NCBI GenBank assembly: GCA_963847125.1
Contig: CAWJYM010000009.1
Span: 82,658-146,657, forward strand
From: an uncultured Acidobacteriota bacterium
Lineage (GTDB): Bacteria > Acidobacteriota > Vicinamibacteria > Vicinamibacterales > 2-12-FULL-66-21
Length of the DNA: 64,000 nucleotides
Reading direction: 5' to 3'
The position numbers and the translations under genes are program-made. Shown piece after piece: positions 52,491 to 61,858 of the stretch; within the stretch, counting starts at the first letter, position 1, and every line of letters starts with the position of its first letter. Under the pieces are notes generated by a model. The model had not been told where the DNA came from. It did not search any database and saw nothing but the letters and a program-made list of their open reading frames with translations.

Positions 52491-54923
52491 ATGAGCATCC
52501 TCCAGGACGTGCGCTACGGCCTCCGCATCCTGCGGCGCAGCCCCGGGACGGCGGCGGCGGCCGCGCTGTCGCTCGCGCTCGGCATCGGCGCGAACAGCGC
52601 GATCTACAGCTGGGTCCGCGGCGTCCTCATCGAGCCCCTCTCTGGCGTGAGCCAGCAGGAAGACATCGTCGTCCTGGCCAGCCGGAGCCGGAGCGGCGCC
52701 TGGCGGACGCTCTCATACCCCGACTACGTGGACCTGCGGGACACGTGCAAGACGCTCGACGGACTGGTCGTGGACAGCATCGTCACCGTGAGCCTGGGCG
52801 CGACTGGAGAGGCGCGCCACGCGGAGCGGGTGTACGGGTCCCTGGTGAGCGGGAACTACTTCGACGTGCTCCGCACCGGCATGGGGCTCGGCCGCGGCTT
52901 CACGCGCGCCGAGGACGAGGCGCCCGGCCGCGCGCCGGTCGTGGTCGTCAGCCACGGGCTGTGGCAGCGCCGTTACGCCAGCGATCCAACGATCGTGGGC
53001 CAGACGATTCCCATCAACGGCAGGCCGTACACCGTCGTGGGCGTCGCGCCCGCGGACTTTTATGGCGTCTGGAGCGGCCTCGCGCTGGACCTCTGGATTC
53101 CGGTCATGATGCAGGCCGACGTCATGCAGGGCGATCTGATTCGGGCCCGGGGAAGCCGTTGGCTCCAGGGCCTCGGCCGCCTCGCGCCGGGCGTCACCGT
53201 CGAACAAGCCAACGCAGAAGTGAAAGCCGCGACCGAGCGGCTCGCGCAGGCCTGGCCCGACACGAACGAGGGCTGGGCCGGGGCGGCGGTGCCGATGTGG
53301 CGGTCCCCCTTCGGGGCGCAGCTCTTTCTGACGCCGGTGCTCCTGACCCTCAGCGGCGTCGTCTCACTCGTCCTGCTGCTGGCGTGCGCGAACGTCGCCA
53401 ACCTGCTTCTGGCGCGAGCCCTCGGGCGGCGCCGCGAGATGGCGATCCGGCTCGCGGTCGGCGCGTCGCGGCGGCGTCTCGTCCGTCAGATGCTCGTGGA
53501 GAGCGTGATGCTTGCAGGCCTCGGAGGCCTCGGAGGCATCCTGATCGCGATGGCGGCCGGTCCGCTCCTCGCGACGTTCAATCCGCCGACCGACCTGATG
53601 CTCAGGCCGGCGGTCACCGTGGACGCCGGGGTCGTTGGGTTCACCGCGCTCCTGAGCCTCCTGACGGGGCTCGTGTTCGGCCTCGCACCGGCGTTTCAGT
53701 CCGCGCGAGCGGAAGTGACGGTCGCGCTCCGCGAGGAGTCGGCCGCGGGCAGCCGTCATCGTTCCCGCCTGCGGGACGCGCTCGTCGTCACTCAGGTCGC
53801 CCTCTCGACGATGCTGCTCGTCGGCGCGGGACTGTTCATCCGGAGCATGTTCGCGGCCGAACGCGTGGATCCCGGCTTCAATCCGCGCGACCTCGTGCTG
53901 GCGGGCTACAACCTGTTCCCGAACGGCTATGCCCCTGAGACCGGTGCGGTATTCCACGAGCGCCTCGTGCGCCAGCTTCAATCCGAGCCCGGCGTCCGCG
54001 CGGCCGGCGTCGCGATGCGGCTGCCGCTTGGCTTCGAGGGCAGCAGCTCGATGACCGTGTCCATCGACGGCTACTCGCGCCGCCCGGATGAGGACCTCAA
54101 CATCCAGTACAACATCGTCTCGCCCGGCTACTTCCCTGCGATGCAGATTCCGATCGTCGCGGGGCGCGACTTCACCTTCGACGATCGTTCCGACACGACG
54201 GGCGTGATGATCGTGAATCGCACGATGGCCGAGCGGTACTGGAAGGGGGATCCCCTCGGCCGCACGGTGCGGATTGGCGAAACGCCGTACCAGATCGTGG
54301 GCGTCGTGCCGACTGGCAAGTACCAGACGCTCGCGGAGGATCCACGGCCCTTCTTCTACCTGCCAATCCGCCAGAGGTATCGCTCCAACGCGATCATTCA
54401 TGTCCGGACTTCCGAGAGCCCCGGAGCGGCGCTCCAGCGGATCCGCGGCGTCGTCTCGGCGCTCGATCCGAACCTGCCGATTTTCGCGACGCGGACAGGT
54501 GAGCAACAGATGGCCTTCGGCACGTTCGCGAACCGGATCGCCGCGTCGTTTCTCGGCGCGTTCGGCGCGCTCGCGCTGCTGCTGGCCGGCGTGGGGCTGT
54601 ACGGCGTGATGGCGTTCGCGGTCGCCCAGCGGACACGGGAGATCGGCATCCGCATGGCGCTCGGCGCGCGGCCGTCGGACATCCTGCGATCGGTCACGAG
54701 CCAGGGCCTGCGCGTCGCGTTGGTAGGGCTCGCGATTGGCGCGGCCGGAGCGTTCGCGTCGCTGCCGTTCGCGTCGCGGCTGCTCGTCGGCGTCGGGCCG
54801 CGCGACGCGGCTACGTATGCCGGCGTCGCCGGAATGCTGGCGCTGGTCGCGATGCTGGCGAGCGGAATTCCGGGGCTGCGGGCGGCGCGGTTGAATCCCG
54901 TCGACGCGTTGCGAAGGCCTTAG
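52491..54923 (+). CDS. ADOP-type duplicated FtsX/MacB-like permease
   Basis: ATG 52491 (MSILQDVRYGLRILRRSPGTAAAAALSLALGIGANSAIYS). Two MacB_PCD + FtsX halves. Confidence 0.9.
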   Translation: MSILQDVRYGLRILRRSPGTAAAAALSLALGIGANSAIYSWVRGVLIEPLSGVSQQEDIVVLASRSRSGAWRTLSYPDYVDLRDTCKTLDGLVVDSIVTVSLGATGEARHAERVYGSLVSGNYFDVLRTGMGLGRGFTRAEDEAPGRAPVVVVSHGLWQRRYASDPTIVGQTIPINGRPYTVVGVAPADFYGVWSGLALDLWIPVMMQADVMQGDLIRARGSRWLQGLGRLAPGVTVEQANAEVKAATERLAQAWPDTNEGWAGAAVPMWRSPFGAQLFLTPVLLTLSGVVSLVLLLACANVANLLLARALGRRREMAIRLAVGASRRRLVRQMLVESVMLAGLGGLGGILIAMAAGPLLATFNPPTDLMLRPAVTVDAGVVGFTALLSLLTGLVFGLAPAFQSARAEVTVALREESAAGSRHRSRLRDALVVTQVALSTMLLVGAGLFIRSMFAAERVDPGFNPRDLVLAGYNLFPNGYAPETGAVFHERLVRQLQSEPGVRAAGVAMRLPLGFEGSSSMTVSIDGYSRRPDEDLNIQYNIVSPGYFPAMQIPIVAGRDFTFDDRSDTTGVMIVNRTMAERYWKGDPLGRTVRIGETPYQIVGVVPTGKYQTLAEDPRPFFYLPIRQRYRSNAIIHVRTSESPGAALQRIRGVVSALDPNLPIFATRTGEQQMAFGTFANRIAASFLGAFGALALLLAGVGLYGVMAFAVAQRTREIGIRMALGARPSDILRSVTSQGLRVALVGLAIGAAGAFASLPFASRLLVGVGPRDAATYAGVAGMLALVAMLASGIPGLRAARLNPVDALRRP

Positions 54924-56395
54924 TACCCCGTCCGCGGAGCTCCAGGCAGGCCGAATGCGTAGAGGGCGCTCCTGGTCCTGATCAGCAGCTCCCCGTCCGC
55001 GGGGACCGGCGTCGCGAACACCTCGTCTTCGAGCGCGTTCACGGCGAGAATCTCCCACTGCGCCGCGGCGGAGACGACCGAGACCGTGCCGTCCTGGCTG
55101 ACCAGCCATACCTTGCCGTCCGCGCCAATCGGGGAAGCAAAGTACTTGTCGATGGCCCCCTTCAGGCGGCCCTGCTTGAGGACGCCGCCCGTCTCGGGAT
55201 CGAACGAGATGAGAATCCCGCTGTCGTTCACCATGAAGAGGACGTTGCGATACAGGAGCGTGGACGGGACCTGCGGAACCGGCCGCTTGTACTTCCAGCG
55301 GATCGCCTGATCGGTCATGTCACCCTGGCCGCCGAGGCGGATGGCGAGCAGCCCGTTCTCGGACGCGAGCATCGCGCGAAACACGGCCCACTCCGCTGCG
55401 TTCAACTGCCCGTCGCGGTTGCCGTCGAACGCGCCGTAGCCGTACTTCGGACTCAACATGCGATCCATCGGATCGGCGCCGGTCACCTCATCGGCCGCGA
55501 CGAGGCCGTCGCCGTTCTTGTCGTACCGCTTCAGGCCCTCTTCGAAGGAGACGGTCGGGATCTGCTCGCCCGCCTGGTTCTGCCGGAAGCCCCAGCCGTT
55601 TATGTAGAGCGTCGTGGCGTCGAGACTGGCCGCCGATTTCATCTCGCACGCGAGGCCGCGCACCCACCAGAGCTTCGATCCGTCCTTCACCGAATAGGCC
55701 GTCAGCTGAAACGACTCCGGCACGAGCACCTGCGCGCCACCCTGCGCCGGCCGATAGATGGTCGGCGTCGAGTAGCCGGAGATGACGTGCGGACGAGACA
55801 CCTTCCATCGCTCCCGGCCGGTTTTCGGATCGACGGCCAGCAGGTACGAGTCGGTGTCCTGATCGACCGGGAGCAGCAGCACATCGTCCGCCAGAATCGG
55901 CGACGCGCCGAAGCCGTAGAACATGTTGAAGGGACCGAGCGCGGTGCGCCATCGTTCCTTGCCGTCCGGGTCAAAACTGATCAGCCCGAAGTCCTGGAAG
56001 AACGCGTAGACGTTCGTCCCGTCGGTCACGGGACTGGGCGACGCCGGACCGTTGACGTTCTCCTGCCGCCCCTTCTGGCGCCGCGGGATCTCGCGCCGCC
56101 ACAACTCTCGCCCGCTGGCTCGATCGAGCCCGATCACCAGCAGCCGGTAGTCCGTCTTCTCCGGCGTATGCGCGGTCAGAAAGATCCGCGTGTTCGTCAC
56201 GACAGGCGACGAATGACCCGGAGGCAGCGGCGTCTTCCACCGCACGTTCGTCGCGGGACCGAAGCTCACCGGGAGGTTCGTGGCGTCCGACACTCCTGTC
56301 CCATTGGGGCCGCGGAAACGGGTCCAGTTCTCGGAGCCATGAGCCGCGACGCCGAGCGTGACGAGCAGTGTGACGATCGAAGCGGAGAGACGCAT
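54920..56395 (-). CDS. secreted PQQ-like beta-propeller protein with inserted EF-hand pair
   Basis: Signal peptide. Propeller repeats (SSPVVTNTRIF, ..ERWRT..). YDKNGDGLVAADEV and FDGNRDGQLNAAEW are Ca-binding loops. Confidence 0.85.
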   Translation of the reverse strand: MRLSASIVTLLVTLGVAAHGSENWTRFRGPNGTGVSDATNLPVSFGPATNVRWKTPLPPGHSSPVVTNTRIFLTAHTPEKTDYRLLVIGLDRASGRELWRREIPRRQKGRQENVNGPASPSPVTDGTNVYAFFQDFGLISFDPDGKERWRTALGPFNMFYGFGASPILADDVLLLPVDQDTDSYLLAVDPKTGRERWKVSRPHVISGYSTPTIYRPAQGGAQVLVPESFQLTAYSVKDGSKLWWVRGLACEMKSAASLDATTLYINGWGFRQNQAGEQIPTVSFEEGLKRYDKNGDGLVAADEVTGADPMDRMLSPKYGYGAFDGNRDGQLNAAEWAVFRAMLASENGLLAIRLGGQGDMTDQAIRWKYKRPVPQVPSTLLYRNVLFMVNDSGILISFDPETGGVLKQGRLKGAIDKYFASPIGADGKVWLVSQDGTVSVVSAAAQWEILAVNALEDEVFATPVPADGELLIRTRSALYAFGLPGAPRTGY

Positions 56396-56405
56396 GAGTG
56401 CGCCA

Positions 56406-56411
56406 GTATAA
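56406..56411 (-). promoter_or_regulatory. candidate -10 TATACT, 10 nt upstream of the PQQ-propeller ATG
   Basis: On the minus strand: ccgtTATACTggcgcactcATG. No SD. Confidence 0.3.
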
Positions 56412-56434
56412 CGGTCTTAGCCTTCAATCGGCCG

Positions 56435-57448
56435 TCATCTGCGTTTGGACACGGCGGTCACGGCGGTCACGACGGAGTGCACGGCGCCCGCGCCCGGGCG
56501 GCCCGCGATTCGCCACAGGTTGATGAGCAGATCGACTGCCATCACGGCGGCGGTCACCGCCAGGCCGAGGGCGATGACCTTGTTGAGCAGCGCGGCCTGT
56601 TCGGCATACCTGGCCGGATCCCCGGTGGCATCAAAAATAGAGACGAGCTCGCGGGTGCGCAGCACGAGATAGATGATCCCGATGACGCTCAGGTCGGTGA
56701 CGATGCGAGCGATCTCGCGGAACCGTATCCAATGAGGGCGCGCCAGATTGATGCCGTTCTGTGCGATGCCCATCAGAATCAGGACCATGATTGGGACGTA
56801 GAACTCGCGCCAGATCGGTGAGAGGCGGACGGTCACGCCATCGCCGCTGAAGACGATCCGGTCGAACGGCGGGACGGCCAGCCAATACAGAAGGAAGAGG
56901 GTTCCGAGGATCAGCCCGAAGATGGACTCGGTGAGCGGAACGCGCTCGGCGTCGACGCTCGTGACGGCCGGCAGCGCGCCCGGATCCCAGCTCTCCAGAA
57001 AGCGGATCCTGACCTGCCAGCGTTCCAACAGCGCGAACCCGACCGTGACGACGCCGATGCCGAAGATGACGGCGCTGACCACGTTGCCGACGAGGCCGCC
57101 GGCGATTCCTGCCGGATTCTGGGAGGTGAATCCGGCGACGATCGCAACGGCGACGTTCCCCAACACGAGGATGCCCGTCAGAATCTTCAGGGCGAACCAG
57201 TAGTACGGATACAGCGCCGGGCCGATCAGGTGCTGCTGCGGCAGGTAGCGGCCGGCCGCCAGCAGCGGATGGCCGTACTTCTTGAGGACCGCGACTTCCT
57301 CCGCCCGGTTCAGCGTCCGGCCGAGCAGCGCCTCCTGCTCCTCGACGTCCGACAGGATGCTGTCCGACAGCTCGGCGACGATGTCGCGCTGCTGCGCCTT
57401 CGGGAGGTAGGTCTTCAGAGCGTGCAGATATCGATCGAGCAATTCCAT
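56435..57448 (-). CDS. PadR-associated membrane protein (DUF1700/HAAS-like N-terminal domain + ~6 TM)
   Basis: MELLDRYLHALKTYLPKAQQRDIVAELSDSILSDVEEQE... followed by hydrophobic helices. Lies directly downstream of padR. Confidence 0.7.
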   Translation of the reverse strand: MELLDRYLHALKTYLPKAQQRDIVAELSDSILSDVEEQEALLGRTLNRAEEVAVLKKYGHPLLAAGRYLPQQHLIGPALYPYYWFALKILTGILVLGNVAVAIVAGFTSQNPAGIAGGLVGNVVSAVIFGIGVVTVGFALLERWQVRIRFLESWDPGALPAVTSVDAERVPLTESIFGLILGTLFLLYWLAVPPFDRIVFSGDGVTVRLSPIWREFYVPIMVLILMGIAQNGINLARPHWIRFREIARIVTDLSVIGIIYLVLRTRELVSIFDATGDPARYAEQAALLNKVIALGLAVTAAVMAVDLLINLWRIAGRPGAGAVHSVVTAVTAVSKRR

Positions 57449-57457
57449 GACGTGTCC

Positions 57458-57814
57458 TTAGAGAATCCGTTCCAGCGCGCCGTTGATGCCCTTCCACTCG
57501 GCCAGCAGCTGCTTGAGGATCAGCTTGCCGTCCGCGGAGAGGCGGTAGAAGCGCTTGTTCCGCTTGTCTTCCTCCCGCCACTCGCTCACGAGCAACCCCT
57601 GGCTCTCCAGCCGCCGCAGCAGCGGATACAGGGTCCCCTCGTCCATGGCTATCCCCTTCTCCGCCAGCGCTTTCCGGAGGGTGTAGCCGTAGTGCTCGGC
57701 GCGGAGCTGCGCGAGCACCGCGACGATGAGGCAGCCGCGGCGCAGCTCGAGACGAAGCGATTCGAACAGGTCCTCGTTGACGGCGGATGCTGTGTTACTC
57801 ACAGTGTGTGGCAC
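57458..57814 (-). CDS. PadR family transcriptional regulator
   Basis: HYGYTLRKALAEKGIAMDEGTLYPLLRRLESQGLLVSEWRE..KRFYRLSADG. There is no ATG; candidate GTG starts at 57814 or 57802. Confidence 0.88.
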   Translation of the reverse strand: MPHTVSNTASAVNEDLFESLRLELRRGCLIVAVLAQLRAEHYGYTLRKALAEKGIAMDEGTLYPLLRRLESQGLLVSEWREEDKRNKRFYRLSADGKLILKQLLAEWKGINGALERIL

Positions 57815-57846
57815 ACACTGTATAGCGCACAGTAGTGGCCCGTCAA
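57801..57846 (-). promoter_or_regulatory. padR promoter TTGACG-N16-TATACA overlapped by a 21-bp perfect palindrome (candidate PadR operator)
   Basis: -35 is the complement of 57841-57846; -10 is the complement of 57819-57824. The palindrome ACAGTGTGTG-G-CACACACTGT lies at 57801-57821 and covers both candidate GTG starts. Confidence 0.55.
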
Positions 57847-57892
57847 GTCCCCGCGTAAGCTACCGCTTCTGGGGTTCCCCCGGAGGGTTGTC

Positions 57893-58471
57893 ATGTCGGA
57901 TGAGCTCCTCGGCATCGTGCGATCCGTCAACCGTCTGGCGGCGCTCCAGCGCCTCGGTGTCCTGGACACGCCGGCCGAAGCCTCCTTCGATCGGCTGACG
58001 CGGATGGCGTGCCGGCTGCTCCGCGCGCCGATTGGCCTCGTATCGCTCGTCGATCGCGATCGCCAGTTCTTCAAGAGCTGCGTCGGGTTGCCGGAGCCAA
58101 TCGCGTCGGAGCGGCAGACGCCGATCTCCAGTTCCTTCTGCAAACATGTCGTGGCGAGCGGCAAGCCGCTCATCGTCGAGGATGCGCGGGCGAACGCGCT
58201 GGTCCAGAAGAACCCGGCCGTCGAGCTGATGGGGATCACGGCGTACGCGGGCATCCCGCTGACGACGAGCGACGGGCACGTGATCGGGAGCTTCTGCGTC
58301 ATCGACAGCCGGCCGCGGACCTGGACGTACGAGGACGTGGAGACGCTTCAGGATCTGGCGGCGTGCGTGATGCACGAAGTGGAGGGACGGAAGCTGTTGC
58401 GAGACTCGGAGGCGCGGTGCCGTCAGCTCGAGGCCAGGCTGCGCGAGATCGAGACGCGGGCGAGGAACTGA
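57893..58471 (+). CDS. GAF domain protein
   Basis: SFDRLTRMACRLLRAPIGLVSLVDRDRQFFKS..AYAGIPLTTSDGHVIGSFCVID. GGAGGG lies 5 nt upstream of the ATG. Confidence 0.85.
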   Translation: MSDELLGIVRSVNRLAALQRLGVLDTPAEASFDRLTRMACRLLRAPIGLVSLVDRDRQFFKSCVGLPEPIASERQTPISSSFCKHVVASGKPLIVEDARANALVQKNPAVELMGITAYAGIPLTTSDGHVIGSFCVIDSRPRTWTYEDVETLQDLAACVMHEVEGRKLLRDSEARCRQLEARLREIETRARN

Positions 58472-58478
58472 AGACGCG

Positions 58479-60290
58479 TCAGCACGACTTACACTTGTTA
58501 TTGTTCTTCGCGCCCAGCTTCACCAGCAGCTCGAGCGTCTCCGGAAACGGCTGCGTGCGCTGCACCGGGCCGTTGGCCATGTCCGCGGTCGTCTCGCCCG
58601 CTCGATTCACCGCCTTGACGTCGGCTCCCTTGGAGATCAGGTAGAGGATCATCTCGTTGTCGCCGCGCGCGGCCGCGTGGTGGAGGGCGGTGTTCCCTTC
58701 GTGATCCCTGGCGTTCACATCGACCCCGATCTCCTCGACCAGGTACCTGACGGCCGGCATCCACCCGCTCGGCGCGTTGCGGTGGGAGTTCGCCGCGAAC
58801 CCCTCGCCGTAGCCGACGCCGGTCGCCGCCTGGAGCGGCGTCACGCCCGGCCCGCCGACCGGAACCGGCGGCAGCCCGGACACGTCCTCGACGACCTCGC
58901 GTCCGCCGTCCCCGGTGCGCGGGCGGCCGGCCGGCTTGACGGTCCCGAGATTCGGATCGGCGCCGTGCGCGACGAGCAGCTTCATGGCCTCGACGTCGCT
59001 GGCGTACGCCGCACGCCAGAATGGCGTCGCCCCAATCTCGTCGACGCCTGAGAGATCGAAGTTGTAGCCCGAGTACCACACCTTCTTCTTCAGGCGCGCG
59101 TTCACGTCAACGCCCTTCGCGACGAGCGCCCGCATGACGTCGATGTACGAGACCTTCTGCTGCGTGTACGCCCTGGGCTGCGGATAGAGCGCCTTCGGCG
59201 CCCACTGGACGTTGAGCGCGGCATAGAGAGGCGTGACGCCGTTATCGCTCGCCAGCCTGGGATTGGCGCCGCGTTCGAGCAGGAACATCGCGAGGTCGAG
59301 CTGACCGTTGATGACGGCCATCAGGAGCGGGCTCGTGCCGTCTCCGCCGGTGACCTGGTTGAGATCTGCGCCCGACTCGAGGAGCAGCTTGACCGCGTCG
59401 GTGTGGCCCTGCCGGATCGCGAAGTGCACCGGCGTCAGCCCGCCCTGCGTGCTCACCAGCTCGGCGAACCTGAACTGGCGGCTGAGCCCCGCGACCTGTG
59501 AGGCCGGATCGGGCCGGGCCGGTTCGCCGCCCCTGCGCTCCTCGGGCCTGGTCTCGGCGGGACGCGCCTCTCCTTCTCCTCCCCGCTGTCCGGCGGGCCG
59601 TGCTTCGAGGGTCGAAGGGCGAGCGAGGGCGGCGGAATAGCCGCCGACGACGGCGGGCTCGGCGCCAGGCGCGCGCTGGGCGCCCTGACGCTGCGCCTGC
59701 TGCGCGCGCAGGAAGGCTTCCTCTTCGGCGTTGGTGAGCGTCTTGACGTCGATGACTTTCGTGGTGACCTTGACGTCGGCGCCGCCCGCCACGAGAGCCT
59801 GTATGGCGTCCACGTGGCCGTAGGCGGCGGCGAACATCAGCGCGGTCTCTCCCCGCGCGGACTCTTTCGCGTTGATGTCGGCGCCGTGAGCCAGCAGGAG
59901 CTTGACGGCCTCCACCCGGCCGGAGGCTGCGGCGAACATGAGCGGCGTGGTGCCATTGGTCGTGGCGGTCTTCGCGTCCGCGCCCGCCTTGAGCAGCACT
60001 TCGATGACCGCGCTGTCGCCGATCTGGCTCGCCATGAGGAGCGGCGTCAGACCGCCGAGCCGGGTCGTCGCCTTCAGGTTCGCGCCGGCGTAGACGAGCG
60101 TGCGCGCGAGCTCGACGTCGCCATGACGCGCCGCCCAGTGCAGCGCCGTCATGCCGTCCCCTTGCGCGGCGTTGACGTCCGCTCCCTGCTTCAGCAGGGA
60201 CCGCACCGCCTCGCGCCCGCCCTGCATCGCGGCATCGGCGACGCTGGATTCGGACGCGACGCGCGCGGAGAGTCGACAGAGCGGCGCCAT
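58479..60290 (-). CDS. ankyrin repeat protein
   Basis: 603 aa with multiple G-TALH-AA..GH..VV..LL..GADVNA repeats. Confidence 0.88.
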   Translation of the reverse strand: MAPLCRLSARVASESSVADAAMQGGREAVRSLLKQGADVNAAQGDGMTALHWAARHGDVELARTLVYAGANLKATTRLGGLTPLLMASQIGDSAVIEVLLKAGADAKTATTNGTTPLMFAAASGRVEAVKLLLAHGADINAKESARGETALMFAAAYGHVDAIQALVAGGADVKVTTKVIDVKTLTNAEEEAFLRAQQAQRQGAQRAPGAEPAVVGGYSAALARPSTLEARPAGQRGGEGEARPAETRPEERRGGEPARPDPASQVAGLSRQFRFAELVSTQGGLTPVHFAIRQGHTDAVKLLLESGADLNQVTGGDGTSPLLMAVINGQLDLAMFLLERGANPRLASDNGVTPLYAALNVQWAPKALYPQPRAYTQQKVSYIDVMRALVAKGVDVNARLKKKVWYSGYNFDLSGVDEIGATPFWRAAYASDVEAMKLLVAHGADPNLGTVKPAGRPRTGDGGREVVEDVSGLPPVPVGGPGVTPLQAATGVGYGEGFAANSHRNAPSGWMPAVRYLVEEIGVDVNARDHEGNTALHHAAARGDNEMILYLISKGADVKAVNRAGETTADMANGPVQRTQPFPETLELLVKLGAKNNNKCKSC

Positions 60291-60348
60291 GCGCTAAGCG
60301 ACGAGGCTCGCTTCGCAGCAACATGCAGTCCTTCCAGCTCTCTGGCAC

Positions 60349-60408
60349 GTAGCCAGGGCTTCAGCCATGCCATGTGCCCTGAAGGCTGCCTAAGCCCTCG
60401 TGCCCTAC
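60349..60408. repeat. REPIN-like inverted doublet bounded by GTAG ... CTAC
   Basis: GTAGCCAGGGCTTCAGCC...GGCTGCCTAAGCCCTCGTGCCCTAC. The right-hand GTAG (minus strand) contains the DUF1552 TAG stop. Confidence 0.6.
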
Positions 60409-61808
60409 ACCATCGTCGTGTTCGGAATCCCCGTCAGATCGAACGTCCCCGTGCTGTCGCCGAAGCTCTGGACATCGTCGAGGCCGAGCCCGTGGAGCAG
60501 CGTCAGCATCACGTTCGCCATGGGTGTGCCCTCTCCGGCCTTGAGGTGCAGGTTCCCTCTCAAGCGGCCGTTCGCGTGACCCGCCAGGAACAGCGGGCAG
60601 CGCTTGTGGTTGTGCACGTTCGAGTTCCCCATCGGAGAGCCGTACACGACGAGCGTCTTCTCGAGGAGGTTGCTGTCCCCTTCCTGCATGTTCTTGAGCT
60701 TCTCGAGGAAGTACGGCACGAGGCTGACGTGGTACTTGTTGATTGCGGCAAACTGCGCGATGCGGTCCTCGCGCTCGCCGTGGTGCGACGCCGGGTGGAA
60801 CGGGACCTTGGCGCCTTCGATCGGGTAGACCCGGGCCGATCCGTCGCGCCCCATCTTGAACGAGAACACGCGCGTGATGTCGGCCGCGAACGCCAGCGCC
60901 TGGAGGTCGAACATCAGCTTGACGTGCTCCTCGAACGAATCCGGGACGCCGATGGGCGCGCCCGGCAGCTCTCGAGGCTCGCCGCTCGCGTTGTGCGCTT
61001 CGATTCGCTGGATCCGCCGCTCGATCTCGCGGATGTCTTCGAGATACTGCGCGAGCCTCGCGCGGTCGCCGGGCCCGAGGTCGGTGCGCAGGCGGGCCAC
61101 CTCGCCCGCGATCCAGTCGAGGATGCTCCGGTTGGTCTTCCGGTGCTTGGCGCGCTCGTCGGGCGTGGCGCCCATGCCGAAGAGCTGATCGAAGGCCGCC
61201 CGCGGATCCCGCACCATCGGCAGCGGATCTTCGGGCCCCGCCCAGCTGATCGTGTCGGTGTAGACGCAGGCGTAGCCGTAGGCGCAGCCGCCCGACTGAT
61301 CCACGTTTTCGATGCAGAGCTGCAGCGAGGGAATCGGCGTGTCCTGGCCGAACCGCTGGGCGTACATCTGGTCCATCGAGATCCCGACGTGGACGTCCGA
61401 TCCCTCGGTCTGCTTCGGATGCGCCTGGGTCAGGAAGACCGCGCTCGACCGGAAGTGATCGCCGCCGATCTCGTTGGGCAGGAAGGCCTCGGCGTTGCGC
61501 ACGTCGGTGTTGCTGACGATCGTGAGGTAGTCGCGATACGGCTCGAGCGGGCTGAGGCTGCTCGGCGTGAGATCGAACGCGCGCCCGACGTCGGCGGGAG
61601 ACCACATGTGCTTCGCGAGGCCGTGGACCGTCGCGCCCGCCGAGCCGTGCACCATCTCGATGCACGAGAGGCGCGTGCTGCCGGCCGCCGCCGTCTTGGC
61701 GAGAAGCGTGCGCGCCGGCACCATCGCGTCGAGGAACGGCAGCGCCACGGTCACACCCATGCCGCGGAGGACGGTGCGACGCGACACGTGCTTTTTCGTG
61801 ATGTACAT
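60405..61808 (-). CDS. DUF1552 domain protein (Tat signal)
   Basis: MYITKKHVSRRTVLRGMGVTVALPFLDAMVP. Canonical partner of DUF1592 proteins. Confidence 0.88.
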   Translation of the reverse strand: MYITKKHVSRRTVLRGMGVTVALPFLDAMVPARTLLAKTAAAGSTRLSCIEMVHGSAGATVHGLAKHMWSPADVGRAFDLTPSSLSPLEPYRDYLTIVSNTDVRNAEAFLPNEIGGDHFRSSAVFLTQAHPKQTEGSDVHVGISMDQMYAQRFGQDTPIPSLQLCIENVDQSGGCAYGYACVYTDTISWAGPEDPLPMVRDPRAAFDQLFGMGATPDERAKHRKTNRSILDWIAGEVARLRTDLGPGDRARLAQYLEDIREIERRIQRIEAHNASGEPRELPGAPIGVPDSFEEHVKLMFDLQALAFAADITRVFSFKMGRDGSARVYPIEGAKVPFHPASHHGEREDRIAQFAAINKYHVSLVPYFLEKLKNMQEGDSNLLEKTLVVYGSPMGNSNVHNHKRCPLFLAGHANGRLRGNLHLKAGEGTPMANVMLTLLHGLGLDDVQSFGDSTGTFDLTGIPNTTMV

Positions 61809-61819
61809 CGTTTGCCTCA

Positions 61820-61843
61820 GCAGCCCTGAAGGGCTGCGCTACA
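61820..61843 (-). repeat. GTAG REP (TGTAGCGCAGCCCTTCAGGGCTGC)
   Basis: Lies between the DUF1592 stop and the DUF1552 start. It ends 11 nt before the ATG. Confidence 0.85.
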
Positions 61844-61858
61844 TAACCCTCGGGGCAG

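Noticed and set aside
56450-56476. CACGGCGGT x3 tandem repeat.
   Set aside because: It lies inside the coding sequence (VTAVTAV at the C-terminus of the HAAS-like protein). It is a simple in-frame 9-nt duplication, not a separate element.
58479-60290. The ankyrin protein as a horizontally acquired eukaryote-like effector.
   Set aside because: Its base composition and codon style look the same as the neighbouring genes. Such proteins are common in this type of genome.
60288-60348. Possible N-terminal frameshift of the ankyrin gene (upstream frame MLLRSEPRRLAHGAALSTL...).
   Set aside because: The upstream peptide is not a convincing signal peptide and I have no homology support. It is mentioned only as something to check.
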